Origin: the human T2T-CHM13v2.0 reference genome, Homo sapiens
Assembly: GCF_009914755.1 (NCBI RefSeq)
Contig: NC_060935.1
Reading direction: 5' to 3' (one strand)
Length of the DNA stretch: 64,000 bases
Positions 1 to 12,447 of the stretch are shown here, in pieces (positions within the stretch are counted from its first letter, which is position 1; each line of letters starts with the position of its first letter). The notes under the pieces are model-generated. The model had not been told where the DNA came from. It did no database searches and worked only from the letters and a program-made list of their open reading frames with translations. A program made the position numbers and the translations under genes.

Positions 1-90
1 CCAGGATGGTCTCGATCTCCTGACCTCGTGATCCGCCCACCCCGGCCTCCCAAAGTGCTGGGATTACAGGTGTGAGCCACCACGCCCAGC
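1..90 (-). mobile_element. AluY 5' part (cut by window edge)
   Basis: aggatggtctcgatctcctgacctcgtgatccgccc...ccaccacgcccagc is the reverse complement of the AluY left arm, with the AluY-type 'atcgagaccatcctgg'. Confidence 0.9.
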
Positions 91-1379
91 AAGAACATAC
101 TTTTATAAATGCAAATGCTTATGAGAAAATAATAAATTACCTCTAGCTTGTAGATTTTTCATCTTCATATATGGATACTGTCCATATATGAAGTATCCCA
201 AGTGATGATGAATCCCAAGTGATCTCTAATCAAATATACTTAACTGTTTGTAACTGTTTCAGCTAGAATCCACCACTCAAAGAAAAAAAAAATAGAAAAC
301 CAGAAAGCATTTAAAGATAGTGACCCCCCCACCCAAGGTATTCCAGGGAAGGAAATTGAAATGCCATTTCAATGGAAAAAAATTTGAATTTATAATCTTG
401 AGTATTTCAACCTGTTATTTTGGAGCTTGGCTGTATTACAAATTTATTTGCATCTTTTTAAAGGAAAATACTGTCAGAAATTTGATTGCATTTATTTTTA
501 CCTACTAAACCTATTTAGAAGAGGCCAATGTTGAAGGATATTTCTTTTCTTTAACTTAAAAACAGATCAAAATAATTTTTCATTCTTTTTCCCAAAAACA
601 AAAAAATTTTCAATGCATTTTAATAAAACTCAAACTGTCTCTCTCTGTGCTTTCCCTCAAGTTATCCATTTTTAATTGTCTTCAGTTCTTGGCATTTTGA
701 TGCCATGGATAGGAATTGTGGCTCTTTCCAGTCTCCCCCACCCACTTCCTCGTATGTTCACTGAAATAGGCTTAGAAGCCATCTGCATCTCTGTGTGGAG
801 GCACGCTAAATGTCAGTCTTCCCATTGGCTCCACACAGAAGAGGGCTCCAAAAGACCTGCTGGTCTCATGCCCAAACTGCTGTGACCCTTGCCTTGCTGG
901 GTTTTTTTTTTTCTATTAATATTTTAACACGTGGGTTGCATGAGCTTGGGAAGCACTTTTGTCTCAGTAGGGAGTAGAAGACAAGCTCCAGTGCACAGAT
1001 TTTTTTTTTTTTTCTCGGAGACAGACAGAGAACTGGTACTTAGGATCTGACTAAAGAGCACAGTCTCCACTACCTCTCTTTTTTGTAGGTTAGAGGGAGT
1101 AAGTGTTAATGTTAAACTTTAAGAAAGGCAAAGGAGAAAGAAGAGAAAAGTATAGGTTAGTTCAATATTGGATAGAAGAGAAGAATAGAAAAGAGGAAAA
1201 GGAGATGGTAAAGAAAAGGCTAAAATAGAGAAAGCTGAGAAGGAAGGAAACATTAAGAGGAATGAAGAAAGAAAAAAATGTAAGTCCTATGCTTAGCACT
1301 GATGTTGCAATGATAGGTAAATCTACAGTAGGAAGAAACTATTAAGAAGAGAAGATATGGAGGGAGAAAGGGAGAAATG

Positions 1380-1550
1380 AAGACTTCTCTAATGTCTACT
1401 GTGTACCAGCCATGTGGTAAAACTTTGATATCCACTATCTCATTCAGTCTTTACCACATTTGTATAAAGTGCATATAAAGAAAGTTAAGCTCAGAGTAAT
1501 TTTGAAAGTTACATAAATTTCAAAGCTAATCACAGAATCCAATCTTCACT
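1380..1550 (-). mobile_element. MIR, degenerate
   Basis: tactgtgtaccag...ctcattcagtcttt...aagctcagag resembles the reverse MIR core. Confidence 0.5.
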
Positions 1551-1939
1551 GGTCTTTACATTATAGAGTAAACCCTTTTTGAGCATCTTCTGAACAGGTG
1601 TCATATGCTGTGTCAGTTTTCCAAATGAGTGGTACAGTCTCTGCTTTTCAGAACCTCACAATAAATAAGAACAGACTTTTTTGACAACAAATGGAAGTCT
1701 AACCACAGGTCGATATGGCAGGGCTAAGAATCTGGAGAAGTCTATACAATACAAACCCATCTCTGGGTTTTAAGATCCAAATTAGAAGCTCAAGTTTATT
1801 CTAGCTTGGCTGGAATGATCCTAAACACTTTAGACTATTGGTGGAAACTCCTTGGATACAGAATTCAGTTTTACGACAGTTGGAGGAGTTTGCCTGAGGC
1901 AAATGCTTCCCACCTATAGTAGGATCAGTCTTGAAAAGA

Positions 1940-3010
1940 TCTCAGTCTAGAATATGGTATGTGGAAGAACTGCAAGCACTAGACTTTAAGGATTGTCACG
2001 TGCCAGCAGAGAAACAAGTTCAGAATGACTGAATCTAAGGGAATAGGGAAGAATCAGAAGGTAAGCAAGGGTTATAAATTGGGCAAGGGTTTTAGATTTT
2101 ATTTTCAGGGTGAAAAGAAGCCACAGAGGGTTTTAAGCAAAGGAATTAGTGTAATCTTATTATGTATTACAAGGATGATTTAGGGAGGGGATGAGAAGAG
2201 TAAGTGGACAACAAAGGAAGTGAGAGACCAGTTTGTAGATGAATTCAGTCATCTGGGTAATTAAAGATGATGACAAGAACTGGGTAGTAGCAGTGGAGAT
2301 GAAGAGAAGAGAGTCAGATTCGAAATACATTGCAGCGACATGGTCGATGGGATTATCTGATCTATTCTATGTGGTAGGGAGGGCAGAATAGAGAAATGAG
2401 AAATGCCTCCTTTTTCCAGTTTGGGCAGCATATTGGAAAGTGATATATTTACGAAGACCTGGAAAACTGAGTAAAAAAGAATTTTTCATTGTGTTTGTTA
2501 AGTGGTATTGCCATACAGAAACAGCAGTTCTCTCTTGGGCTTTTTCGTTTTAGACGCATATTAAATACACAAGTGAAGCAGTCTGTAGATATACAGTCAA
2601 GTTTTAATGGAAGAATCAGGGGAAGAGGCACAAATTGGGCAGTCTCCAGCATATCCAAGAAACACAGCATAGAAGGAGAAAGGAAGAGACCAAGATCTAA
2701 GCCATTATGTATTCCAACATCTAATAGGCCAACCAAGAAGGAACCAGCTCAAAGGTGAAGAAGGAATGACCAATGAAGTAACAAGAAAACTGTGGGAGGG
2801 TGGTATCAAGAAAGACAAGAAAAGAGAGCATTTCCCTAAGAAGGGGATGGTCAGATTATCTAGATACTGTTTAGAAGTCCTGTACAATGAGAACAAGAAG
2901 TAGCCATTGAATTCAGCCAGATAGAGGTCGCTGGTGATCTTGAGAAGAGGAGTTTCAGTCGAGTGTTTAGTGTGGAAAACTGTATTGAGTGGTTTGAGCA
3001 AGGAAGGAGA
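1940..3010 (-). mobile_element. L2 LINE ORF2/3' fragment
   Basis: Minus-strand ORF 2705-3001 contains HSTETPLLKITSDLYLA, matching the L2 RT motif HSTETALLKVTNDL; the purine-rich flank is L2-like. Confidence 0.75.
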
Positions 3011-4220
3011 AAAGAATTAGATGCAGGAAGACTGCAAAACTGTTGTGAAAGGGAGCAGAAAAATGGGGCAGTTCTTTGAGATGAACCAGGAATCAAGAGA
3101 GAATGCTTTTAGGTTAGGGTTTTCTGAGATGAGAATAAATACACAATGGAATTGGGGAACAGAATGGGACAAGAAGCAGCTCAGCAAAGGTGAGATCCCT
3201 GGCAAAATCCTGCTAAGAGTAGCTAGCTCCAGACTGAAGCCTTAAGGAAAGTTACTACCAGATTTCCCTTACCTTAAACAGTGAGATCTGGACTCTCACA
3301 ATCCTGCCTCCTCCCGACTTAGGAAATAAATTCCAGGCACTTCTGGACTTCTGAGAGGACATGAGAAATGAAGTATAGTAAAAGGAAACATGGGGTATCT
3401 GAGTCAAACACCATCTAAGAGATTGATCTACTTTCCTGAAAGAGAAATTTTAGTAGAGACTTGACATATTTCTTTCGGGACACTTGTTTTTATTTTGCAG
3501 CATAGATTTTCCTTCAGAAGATCTTTACTGAGCACCTACTATGTGCTTGTACTGAATCTGTGCTGCTGTGTTATGTGGTTTGCAGCAAGGGATGGAATTT
3601 GGGCCTTTCTACACTAAGTTGTATGGTTCCTTTAATGGGTGTGAGTGTATATACAATCCAAAGATGAAAATGTGCAAATAATGAAGGTCTTTAATCATGC
3701 CTTCAATATCCATTTAACAATTACCTATTTCAAACTCAAAGCCTGAGTATTTACCTGAAGTGCAGTTTATAAAAACAAGTGGTTTTCATCCTGCCTCTGA
3801 CCAGAAATAAAAATTTTGCAATTCAAATTCTGATGACAATTTAGTGTTAACATGAGTGAGATAACAGATTCCTCCTCTCCCACTGTTCTGTTAATGGAAG
3901 AAGAATGTAGCTAATACCCACAAGTTGCATGAAAAAGACAAGAGTGTCATGTAATCTGATTTCATATACCCCCTGGCTCTAAGTTTTGTGGGTGACAACA
4001 AAAAAAAGCTTCTTCAATCTCCAGTGTAGTTCATCCTGTTAGTGTTGAGACGACAGAAATAAGTCACAGAGACACATCACCTGCTTTTGTAAAGCTATGC
4101 AAAATCCAAAGATAATACAGAAGATGCATGTAGTCCTAGCAAACATCGACCTGAAATGATTTGAATTTATCCCCATTTCTCTTCTATCCTGAAGGAATTG
4201 CTCATTAAAAATTTACTCTG

Positions 4221-4749
<529 letters not shown>

Positions 4750-5109
4750 TTAAAGATTTTTTATTCTTTATTTTTGGTACCTCCTTCCTTCTTCATAGCC
4801 AGGACTACTGATTTGTTCAAAATCTCATTTCCTTGAACAAGCTGTTCAATAGAACAGTGGTAGTAAGCCCCAAAACAGTCCTAGCCTGACTTGAAACCCT
4901 TCTCTATAAATATTCCTCTTTTCTAGGGCACTTCAGAGTAAGTATGTTTCCTGAGCATGTGCAGATCTTCTCCCTTGGTCAGTTTCTAAAGACAGGCTCA
5001 AGACAACCATATATGGCTGAGTGTTTCGTTGCAAGGAGGTGTGTGGACATCAGTAGGTGAAAGAATGTGTCAATTTCCTAGGTAGTAGAAAAATACGACC
5101 CGGCATTGG

Positions 5110-5950
5110 TCCAAGCTGGGACCTGAAGACTTTATCGCTCAAGCACCATGGAGCTCCCGTAATAACTACTGTGGTGTGCCACCAGATGGCCTCACTTCAG
5201 GACTGCAGCACCGATGGCAGGCTGCTCAATGTGTTGGCAACTGCATTAGTTTCCCAGGACTACCCTAACGAAATACCACATATTGAGTGACTTAAATAAC
5301 AAAAATGTGTTGTCTCACAGCTCTGGAGGATAGAAGTTCAAAATCAGGGTGTCAGCAGGGTTGGCTCCTTCTGAGGGATGGGAGGGCCGAAAATCTGTCA
5401 CATGCTTTTCTCCTTGGCTTGTAGGTGGCATTCTCCCTTGTCTTCACATCATCCTCCCTCTACAGATGTATGTCTCTGTGTCCATTCTCCCCTTTTTTAT
5501 TGGATTAGGGGACATCCTAATGACATCTTTATTTGATCACCTGCAAAAGCCTTATTTCCAAGTAAAGTCACATTCACAAGTTTCAGGGGTTAGGATTTCA
5601 ATATCTTTTTAGGGAACACAATGTAGCCCACAATGGCAACTAAGAGCTCACAGATAAATCTCCTCCCAAGCTTGCCCTCAGCTGAAGAGAGCCACCTCTC
5701 CCAAGTCATTCCTTTTCCCTGTGTTAACCCACATCCTAAAACTGGTCACTGAGTGTGATATCAAGGCCTGAACACTCTACCCTGGTTCGGGACAATTCTG
5801 CAGGGATATCCCAGCTCCAAAATTTCATATAAGCTGGTACAGACATCTGTCTGGTCCTTCTTCTTTCACCTTCCCCATAGACATTACTGGAAAACATACC
5901 CCAATAAAGTTTCTGCAGGCAACTATCCAAATCAGAATCTGCTTCCTGAG
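5110..5950 (+). mobile_element. ERVL LTR (LTR16-like), interrupted by MLT1
   Basis: gctgaagagagccacctc, ggacaattctgcaggg and cccaataaa...cagaatctgcttcctg motifs on both sides of the MLT1. Confidence 0.6.
5242..5634 (-). mobile_element. MaLR LTR (MLT1 family)
   Basis: tgcattagtttcc...tctcacagctctggagg...ggttaggatttcaatatc; duplicated tggcaac at 5235-5241 and 5634-5640. Confidence 0.85.
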
Positions 5951-6249
5951 TCACACCACTTGTAGTAGCACTTCTCTGAGCTTGCTCTGTGCCAGATACT
6001 GAAGACCAAAAACAACAAGACATATCCTAACCTCTGAAGCCTTCCACAATATCAGAAGACATTATTAAGTACAGAAAGAAAGGTTTTCGTCACACATAAT
6101 CTGCCTTTGAAACCTTTATTTCCTATTGTATGACTTGTTTATCTTACTCCCTCCTCTCCCAAATCTTAACCAATAATCATATCCTCCATCTTTTTTTTGC
6201 AAAATCTGCTTCTTGAATGAAAAAATAAAGAGGACAAACTATTGTCAAT

Positions 6250-6450
6250 TAAGCATAACTATGAGCTAGACATTTGTATATGTGATCTCATTTAATTCTC
6301 TCAACAGCTCTATTGCCTTCACATTACAAATGGAGAAACGGAGATTCTATGAGGATCAATAAGGACTCAGCTCATCTGGCTTATAACAGACCCAGCAAGG
6401 ATGAAAACCCCAGGGCTTTTGATTCCAGAGCGTGGGCTCTTTCTATCACA
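6250..6450 (-). mobile_element. MIR
   Basis: gatctcatttaattctc...ttacaaatggagaaacggag core. Confidence 0.65.
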
Positions 6451-7639
6451 CCAGTGGTTCCCAGACACATATGCCACAGGCCAATCAATTAAAAGCAAAC
6501 AAAAAATTGGCAAACAGAAGTAGAGCTAACAACTTTGGATTTTGCCAGGAATATAAAAAAGTAAAAGCTTCAGTCTTCTACCACCACCATTTCATAATAA
6601 AATGAACACTTCAACCCAGAAAACTTTGCAAATATCAAATCTCAAAACAGAAGATTAGCACTTACAATTGAATTAATTCAGCTTCGTGAAAAATATACCA
6701 CATTGCACTTCATTTTACTCATTTTGCAACAGACTTGTGAAATTTTTTTCAAGAACTGGTAGAGCTCTTGGAAAGGAAAAAAAAAAAAAATTTGGACATC
6801 CCTAAAAGGTCTGGGTTTTATTCACACTAAAGTGTAAATGACCTCTTCAGGTTAGTTAGCAAAATATGTTGAATATCTAAGAAGATGTATCTAAGTCAGT
6901 GTTGATATGATCCAACATAACTAAAGACTACATGGGAATGCCATTATACTTTTCAAGAAACAAAGCAAAAGTTAAAAAAAAAATCGTATTTTTAACTTGG
7001 CTATTTTTTCCCCAGATTTCAGATCTCTCTTAGAAGTCAAAAGCTGGCAAGGGTCCAATTTCCAATGAGAAGGTTTTTCTTTGGCCATATCCATTCTCAT
7101 TCAAATTCCCTATAAAAGTTACAGTCAACAATTTTTATTTTACCATCAGTTACCTTTGGTAGGGAAATAGTTAGAATTCACATGCTAATAACTGAAATCT
7201 TGTAAAATGCCAGCTCCGTGTTTGAAATGTACACATTTTAAAATGCTTGCTGCACATACTGTATAATTATTTGGGAGAGGTATAATGAGTTAATATATTC
7301 AGTAGTTGCAATGAATATGTGTTGAGCAGAAACCCTGACTTATATATTCAAGCATCCTTTATCCAGAAGGCTCCCAACGCACCGCATAGATGATCTAAAG
7401 ATCAGCCACCCACCAGTGAAAGGCAGATGCCTTAGGTGAGGAAACGCTTGTGCCAGAGGTTTCAGTAGCACAGAGAGCATACTGCAGCATTACACAGGGT
7501 GAGGCCCTAATTCCCCAAGTATTACAGATTTAGAACTGATGTGAGGTATTTCGTTTGAAGAACAGAAGTATTTTAAGAAGGCTGAACGCAATTTTGAAGT
7601 GGCAATCATTCCTTACAAGCAGCTTGTCACTGTCAAAAG

Positions 7640-8070
7640 AATGAAGTCTCGCAAGTTCATCAGAGCTAAGCTTGAATTCCAATTCCATTATTTATCCAGC
7701 TGGGTGACCCTGAACACAGCCCACTTCCTCCTTGTAAATGTGGAGGTGATAATGGTACCTCCTACAAGCTTGCTAAAAAATTGAATACGAGATTGCACTC
7801 AAGAAATGATAGTTTTTGTTATTATTTTATCTCTAAAATGGTAATATCTATGGATCTCAAACTGCTGTGAGAGTAATTTAAAAAAAAACTATAAAGAACA
7901 TTTAGTGAGGAATTACGATGTGTCAGAGAATGTGCCTAGTGCTTTATATGTATTACCTCATTATGTCCTCACAATAATCATATTATTTTACAGATGTAGA
8001 AACTGAGTCACTTGAAGAGAAGGTAATTTGTCCAAGTTTGTCACACAGTTAACAAGTGGCAATATCCAAA
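7640..8070. mobile_element. Two MIR fragments in opposite orientation (+ ~7640-7830, - ~7900-8070)
   Basis: gctgggtgaccctg...cttcctccttgtaaatgtggagg (+) and ctcattatgtcctcacaata...tttacagatgtagaaactgag (-). Confidence 0.65.
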
Positions 8071-9568
8071 TTTGTAGTGTCTGAGTATATGGTTGGTACC
8101 AAACAAATGGTATTTAGTTGATCTCTTTAGAGAATGACCTGGAATGCCCAAGCCATTTCCCTACCTCCATTTATTTTTCCGAATGTACTCAAAGAAAAAG
8201 CTCACACTGTACCCCTTTAATCTACCTTCTCCCAGAAAACTCCTTCAATTCTATTCAATGCACAAAGCCATTAGGAAGCTCCTGAAGAAGGCAAAGACTC
8301 TTCTAGGTACTGCAAGCATACAAATGTTTTCAGGATGCAGGTCCAGTCCTGTCTTACAACAAGGCCACAATCACAACTAATTATCAAACAGATTAGTCTG
8401 TGATCAGCCTTATAAAAAAAGGATTAGCAAATTTTATGAACTCAAAGGAAAAAGTCACTAATTGCACTTAGGAGGAGAGAGCAATCTGCAAAGACGAAGG
8501 GCATCTGAGTGAGCCTCACAGTACTCTTTCTAGGCAATCTTTGATGGGGTGTCATTCCTTGGGTTAAGTAGCCCTCTTCTAAAATATAAACACTTCTTCC
8601 CAGAAGAGGAAGGCATTGCAGTTTTTACACAGTAATTTTTTAAGATCATTGTCAGCTGTGGCTGGCTGACCTTATAATGTTAGCATGCTGGGCCTTCAGA
8701 GAAAAGGAGCAGTAGGACAGGAAGGAAGCAGAAAGCAGTACACGGGTGAGATGCTCCGAGGACATGCTTCAGCTACCTCCCCATTGTGCAGGACTGTTGA
8801 CCAGCTGTGTCATTGGCAGGAGCACACTGCCCTTCCCGAAAGGGATGGGCAGAAATATCAGAGAGAGGATTATAGTTACACACATGACAGGACATTTCCA
8901 CACAGCACGTAAATGAACAGTTCTAGAGTCAGTTTCCAGTACTTTGACAGAGCCAGAGGCTAGGACAACGGATAGCTTGGGGGCTTCTCAGCCCTCTTCG
9001 TCTTATTCCATAAAGGTGGCTCTCTAAGAAATTCACTTTAATTCCAGAGGGTGACCAACATTTCCAGAGGAAGGAAGATAGCTTTTTATTTGAAAATCTA
9101 TCTGAAGTTGTAATGATGTTGTAGAAAATATGAGTTTGGAAACCAAACAGATCTGAGAGTCTCTTACCTACAGCAAGACTACAAATTCCTAGCTGTCTAA
9201 CCTCAAGCAAGTTAACCTTCCAATTTAATAAGGTTGATGTAAAATAACATGCCACACTAGAATATACATTGCATAACAGCAGGGATACTTTTTAATTTTA
9301 GCTGCTATGTCCCCAGTGCCTAGAACATTGCTTAGCATTTATTGAATGAATTTGTGAATAAGTGAGTAAATAATAAATCAACAATTATTTTCATTCAAAG
9401 CCTATTATGTGCTAGGTATTGTTCTAATAACTAGATTTCTATGAATACTAAATGAGATGCTGTCTACAAGCACTTGGTACACTAACTGCCTGACAGGTTC
9501 TTCCTGCCCACTGCACATATAAAAATTATCTTACCAAGATCATGTCATTGCAGTAAAGAAAGAGTTGA

Positions 9569-11603
9569 CCCCCTCGCCCTCCCTCTCCCTCTCCCCACGG
9601 TCTCCCTCTCCCTCTCTTTCCACGGCTCCCTCTCCCTCTCCCCACGGTCTCCCTCTCCCTCTCTTTCCACGGCTCCCTCTCCCTCTCCCCACGGTCTCCC
9701 TCTCTCTCTCTTTCCACGGTCTCCTTCTGATGCCGAGCCGAAGCTGGACTGTACTGCTGCCATCTCGGCTCACTGCAACCTCCCTGCCTGATTCTCCTGC
9801 CTCAGCCTGCCGAGTGCCTGCGATTGCAGGCGCACTGGTTTTCGTATTTTTTTGGTGGAGACAGGGTTTCGCTGTGTTGGCTGGGCTGGTCTCCAGCTCC
9901 TAACCGCGAGTGATCCGCCAGCCTCGGCCTCCCGAGGTGCCGGGATTGCAGACGGAGTCTGGTTCACTCAGTGCTCAATGGTGCCCAGGCTGGAGTGCAG
10001 TGGCGTGATCTCGGCTTGCCACAACCTCCACCTCCCAGCCGCCTGCCTTGGCCTCCCAAAGTGCTGAGATTGCAGCCTCTGCCCGACCGCCACCCCGTCT
10101 GGGAAGTGAGGAGCGTCTCTGCCTGGCCGCCCATCATCTGGGAGTTGAGGAGCCCCTCTGCCTGGCTGCCCAGTCTGGAAAGTGAGGAGCGTCTCTGCCC
10201 TGCCGCCATCCCATCTAGGAAGTGAGGAGCGCCTCTTCCCGGCCACCATCCCATCTGGGAAGTGAGGAGCGTCTCTGCCCCGCCGCCCATCGTCTGAGAT
10301 GTGGGGAGCGTCTCTGCCCCGCCGCCCTGTCTGGGATGTGAGGAGCACCTCTGCCCGGCCCGGCAACCCCGTCTGGGAGGTGAGGAGCGTCTCTGCCCGG
10401 CCGCCCCGTCTGAGAAGTGAGGAGCCCCTCCGCCCGTCAACCACCCCGTCTGGGAAGTGAGGAGCGTCTCCGCCCGGCAGCCGCCCCGTCCGGGAGGGAG
10501 GTGGGGGGGTCAGCCCCCCGCCCGGCCAGCCGCCCCGTCCGGGAGGTGAGGGGCGCCTCTGCCCAGCCGCCCCTACTGGGAAGTGAGGAGCCCCTCTGCC
10601 CGGCCAGCCGCCCCATACGGGAGGTGAGGGGCGCCTCTGCCCGGCCGCCCCTACTGGGAAGTGAGGAGCCCCTCTACCCGGCCAGCCATCCCGTCCGGGA
10701 GGGAGGTGGGGGGGTCAGCCCCCCGCCCGGCCAGCCATCCCGTCCGGGAAGGAGGTGGGGGGGTCAGCCCCCTGCCCGGCCAGCCGCCCGGCCAGCCGCC
10801 CCGTCAGGGAGTTGAGGGGCGCCTCTGCCCGGCCGCCCCTACTGGGAAGTGAGGAGCCCCTCTGCCCAGCCAGCCGCCCCGTCCGGGAGGGAGGTGGGGC
10901 GTCAGTCCCCCGCCCGGCCAGCCGCCCCATCCAGGAGGGAGGTGGGGGGGTCAGCCCCCCGCCCGGCCAGCCGCCCCGTCTGGGAGGTGAGGGGCACCTC
11001 TGCCCGGCCGCCCCTACTGGGAAGTGAGGAGCCCCTCTGCCCAGCCACCACCCCGTCTGGGAGGTTTACCCAACAGCTCATTGAGAACGGGCCATGATGA
11101 CAATGGCGGTTTTGTGGAATAGAAAGGGGGGAAAGGTGGGGAAAAGATTCAGAAATCGGATGGTTGCCTGTCTGTGTAGAAAGAAGTAGACATGGGAGTC
11201 TTTTCATTTTGTTCTGTACTAAGAAAAATTCTTCTGCCGTGGGATCCTGTGGATCTGTGACCTTACCCCCAACCCTGTGCTCTCTGAAACATGTGCTGTG
11301 TCCACTCAGGGTTAAATGGATTAAGGGCGGTGCAAGATGTGCTTTGTTAAACAGATGCTTGAAGGTAGCATGCTCCTTAAGAGTCATCACCACTCCCTAA
11401 TCTCATGTACCCAGGGACACAAACACTGCGGAAGGCCGCAGGGTCCTCTGCCTAGGAAAACCAGAGACCTTTGTTCACTTATCTGCTGACCCTCCCTCCA
11501 TTATTGTCCTATGACCCTGCCAAATCCCCCTCTGCGAGAAACACCCAAGAATGATCAATAAAAAAAAAAAAAAAAAGGCAAAAAAAAAAAAAAAAAAAAA
11601 AAA
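9569..11603 (+). mobile_element. SVA retrotransposon (SVA_D-like), near full length
   Basis: CCCTCT-rich head 9569-9720, Alu-like region ~9730-10090, GC-rich VNTR ~10090-11060, SINE-R 11065-11556 ending cccaagaatgatcaataaa plus poly(A). Confidence 0.97.
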
Positions 11604-11629
11604 GAATAAAATCCCTCTGGGAATTCCTA

Positions 11630-11663
<34 letters not shown>

Positions 11664-12122
11664 AAGCCTGTACTTTTCAAAAATGTCAGTGTCATAAAAG
11701 ATAAAGAAAGGCTCAGCAACGATTCCAGATGAAAAAGACCAAAGGGACAGAACCACTAAATGCATTGTGTGATTATGGATTGAGTCATCAGTTAAGGAAA
11801 ATTTTGCCATAAAAGGCATTATTGGGACAACTGACAAAATTTGAATTTGTTTCTTGATTTTTGTAATCATCTCATGGTTATGTTCAAGCATGTACTTACG
11901 TTCATGTATTTGAGAGAAAAGGAACGTGATATTTACAGATTACTGTCAACTGGTTCAGAGAGAGAGAAAGGGAGAATGATAAAGGTAACATGCTAAAACA
12001 TTAACAATGGTGAATCTGGGTAAAATGTATGTAGGAGTTCTTTGTACTTTTTTCTGCAGATTTTCTCTAAGTTTGAAATTATATCAAAATAAAAGGTTAA
12101 AAAAATAATAAAAAAAAAAAAA
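11604..12122 (+). other. SVA 3'-transduced sequence: 29-nt segment + A30, then ~440-nt old L1 (L1MC4-like) 3' end + poly(A)
   Basis: Lies between the SVA poly(A) and the 3' TSD copy aaagaaagagttga (12123-12136; 5' copy 9555-9568). Each segment has AATAAA (11605, 12088) followed by poly(A). Confidence 0.88.
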
Positions 12123-12140
12123 AAAGAAAGAGTTGAATTA

Positions 12141-12447
12141 GGCTGAGCCCTGTGGCTCACACCTGTAATCCTAGCACTTTGGGAGGCCAAGATGGGAGGG
12201 TCACTTGAGGCCAGGAGTTTGAGACCAGCCTGGCCATCATGACAAAGCCCTATCTCTACTAAAAATACAAAATGTAGCCATGCATGGTGTCACACACCTG
12301 TAATCCCAGCTACTCAAGAGGTTGAAGCATGACAATCACTTGAACCCAGGAGACAGAGGTTGTAGTGAGCTGAGATCATGCCACTGCACTCCAGCCTGGG
12401 CAATCGAGCAAGACTCTGTCTCAGGAAAAAGAAAAAAAAAAAAAAAA
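12141..12447 (+). mobile_element. Older Alu (AluJb/Sz-like)
   Basis: Full dimer with decayed CpGs; TSD aaagagttgaatt / aaagagtagaatt. Confidence 0.92.

Noticed and set aside
10090-11060. Repeat array superficially resembling a CRISPR array
   Set aside because: It is the SVA VNTR: variable tandem units without unique spacers, in primate DNA, with no cas genes.
9526-11400. Dense cluster of overlapping ORFs up to 163 aa
   Set aside because: All derive from the GC-rich SVA hexamer, VNTR and SINE-R, where stops are rare; not genes.
11604-11632. SVA TSD directly after the first poly(A)
   Set aside because: No match to the 5' flank; the exact TSD is at 12123-12136.
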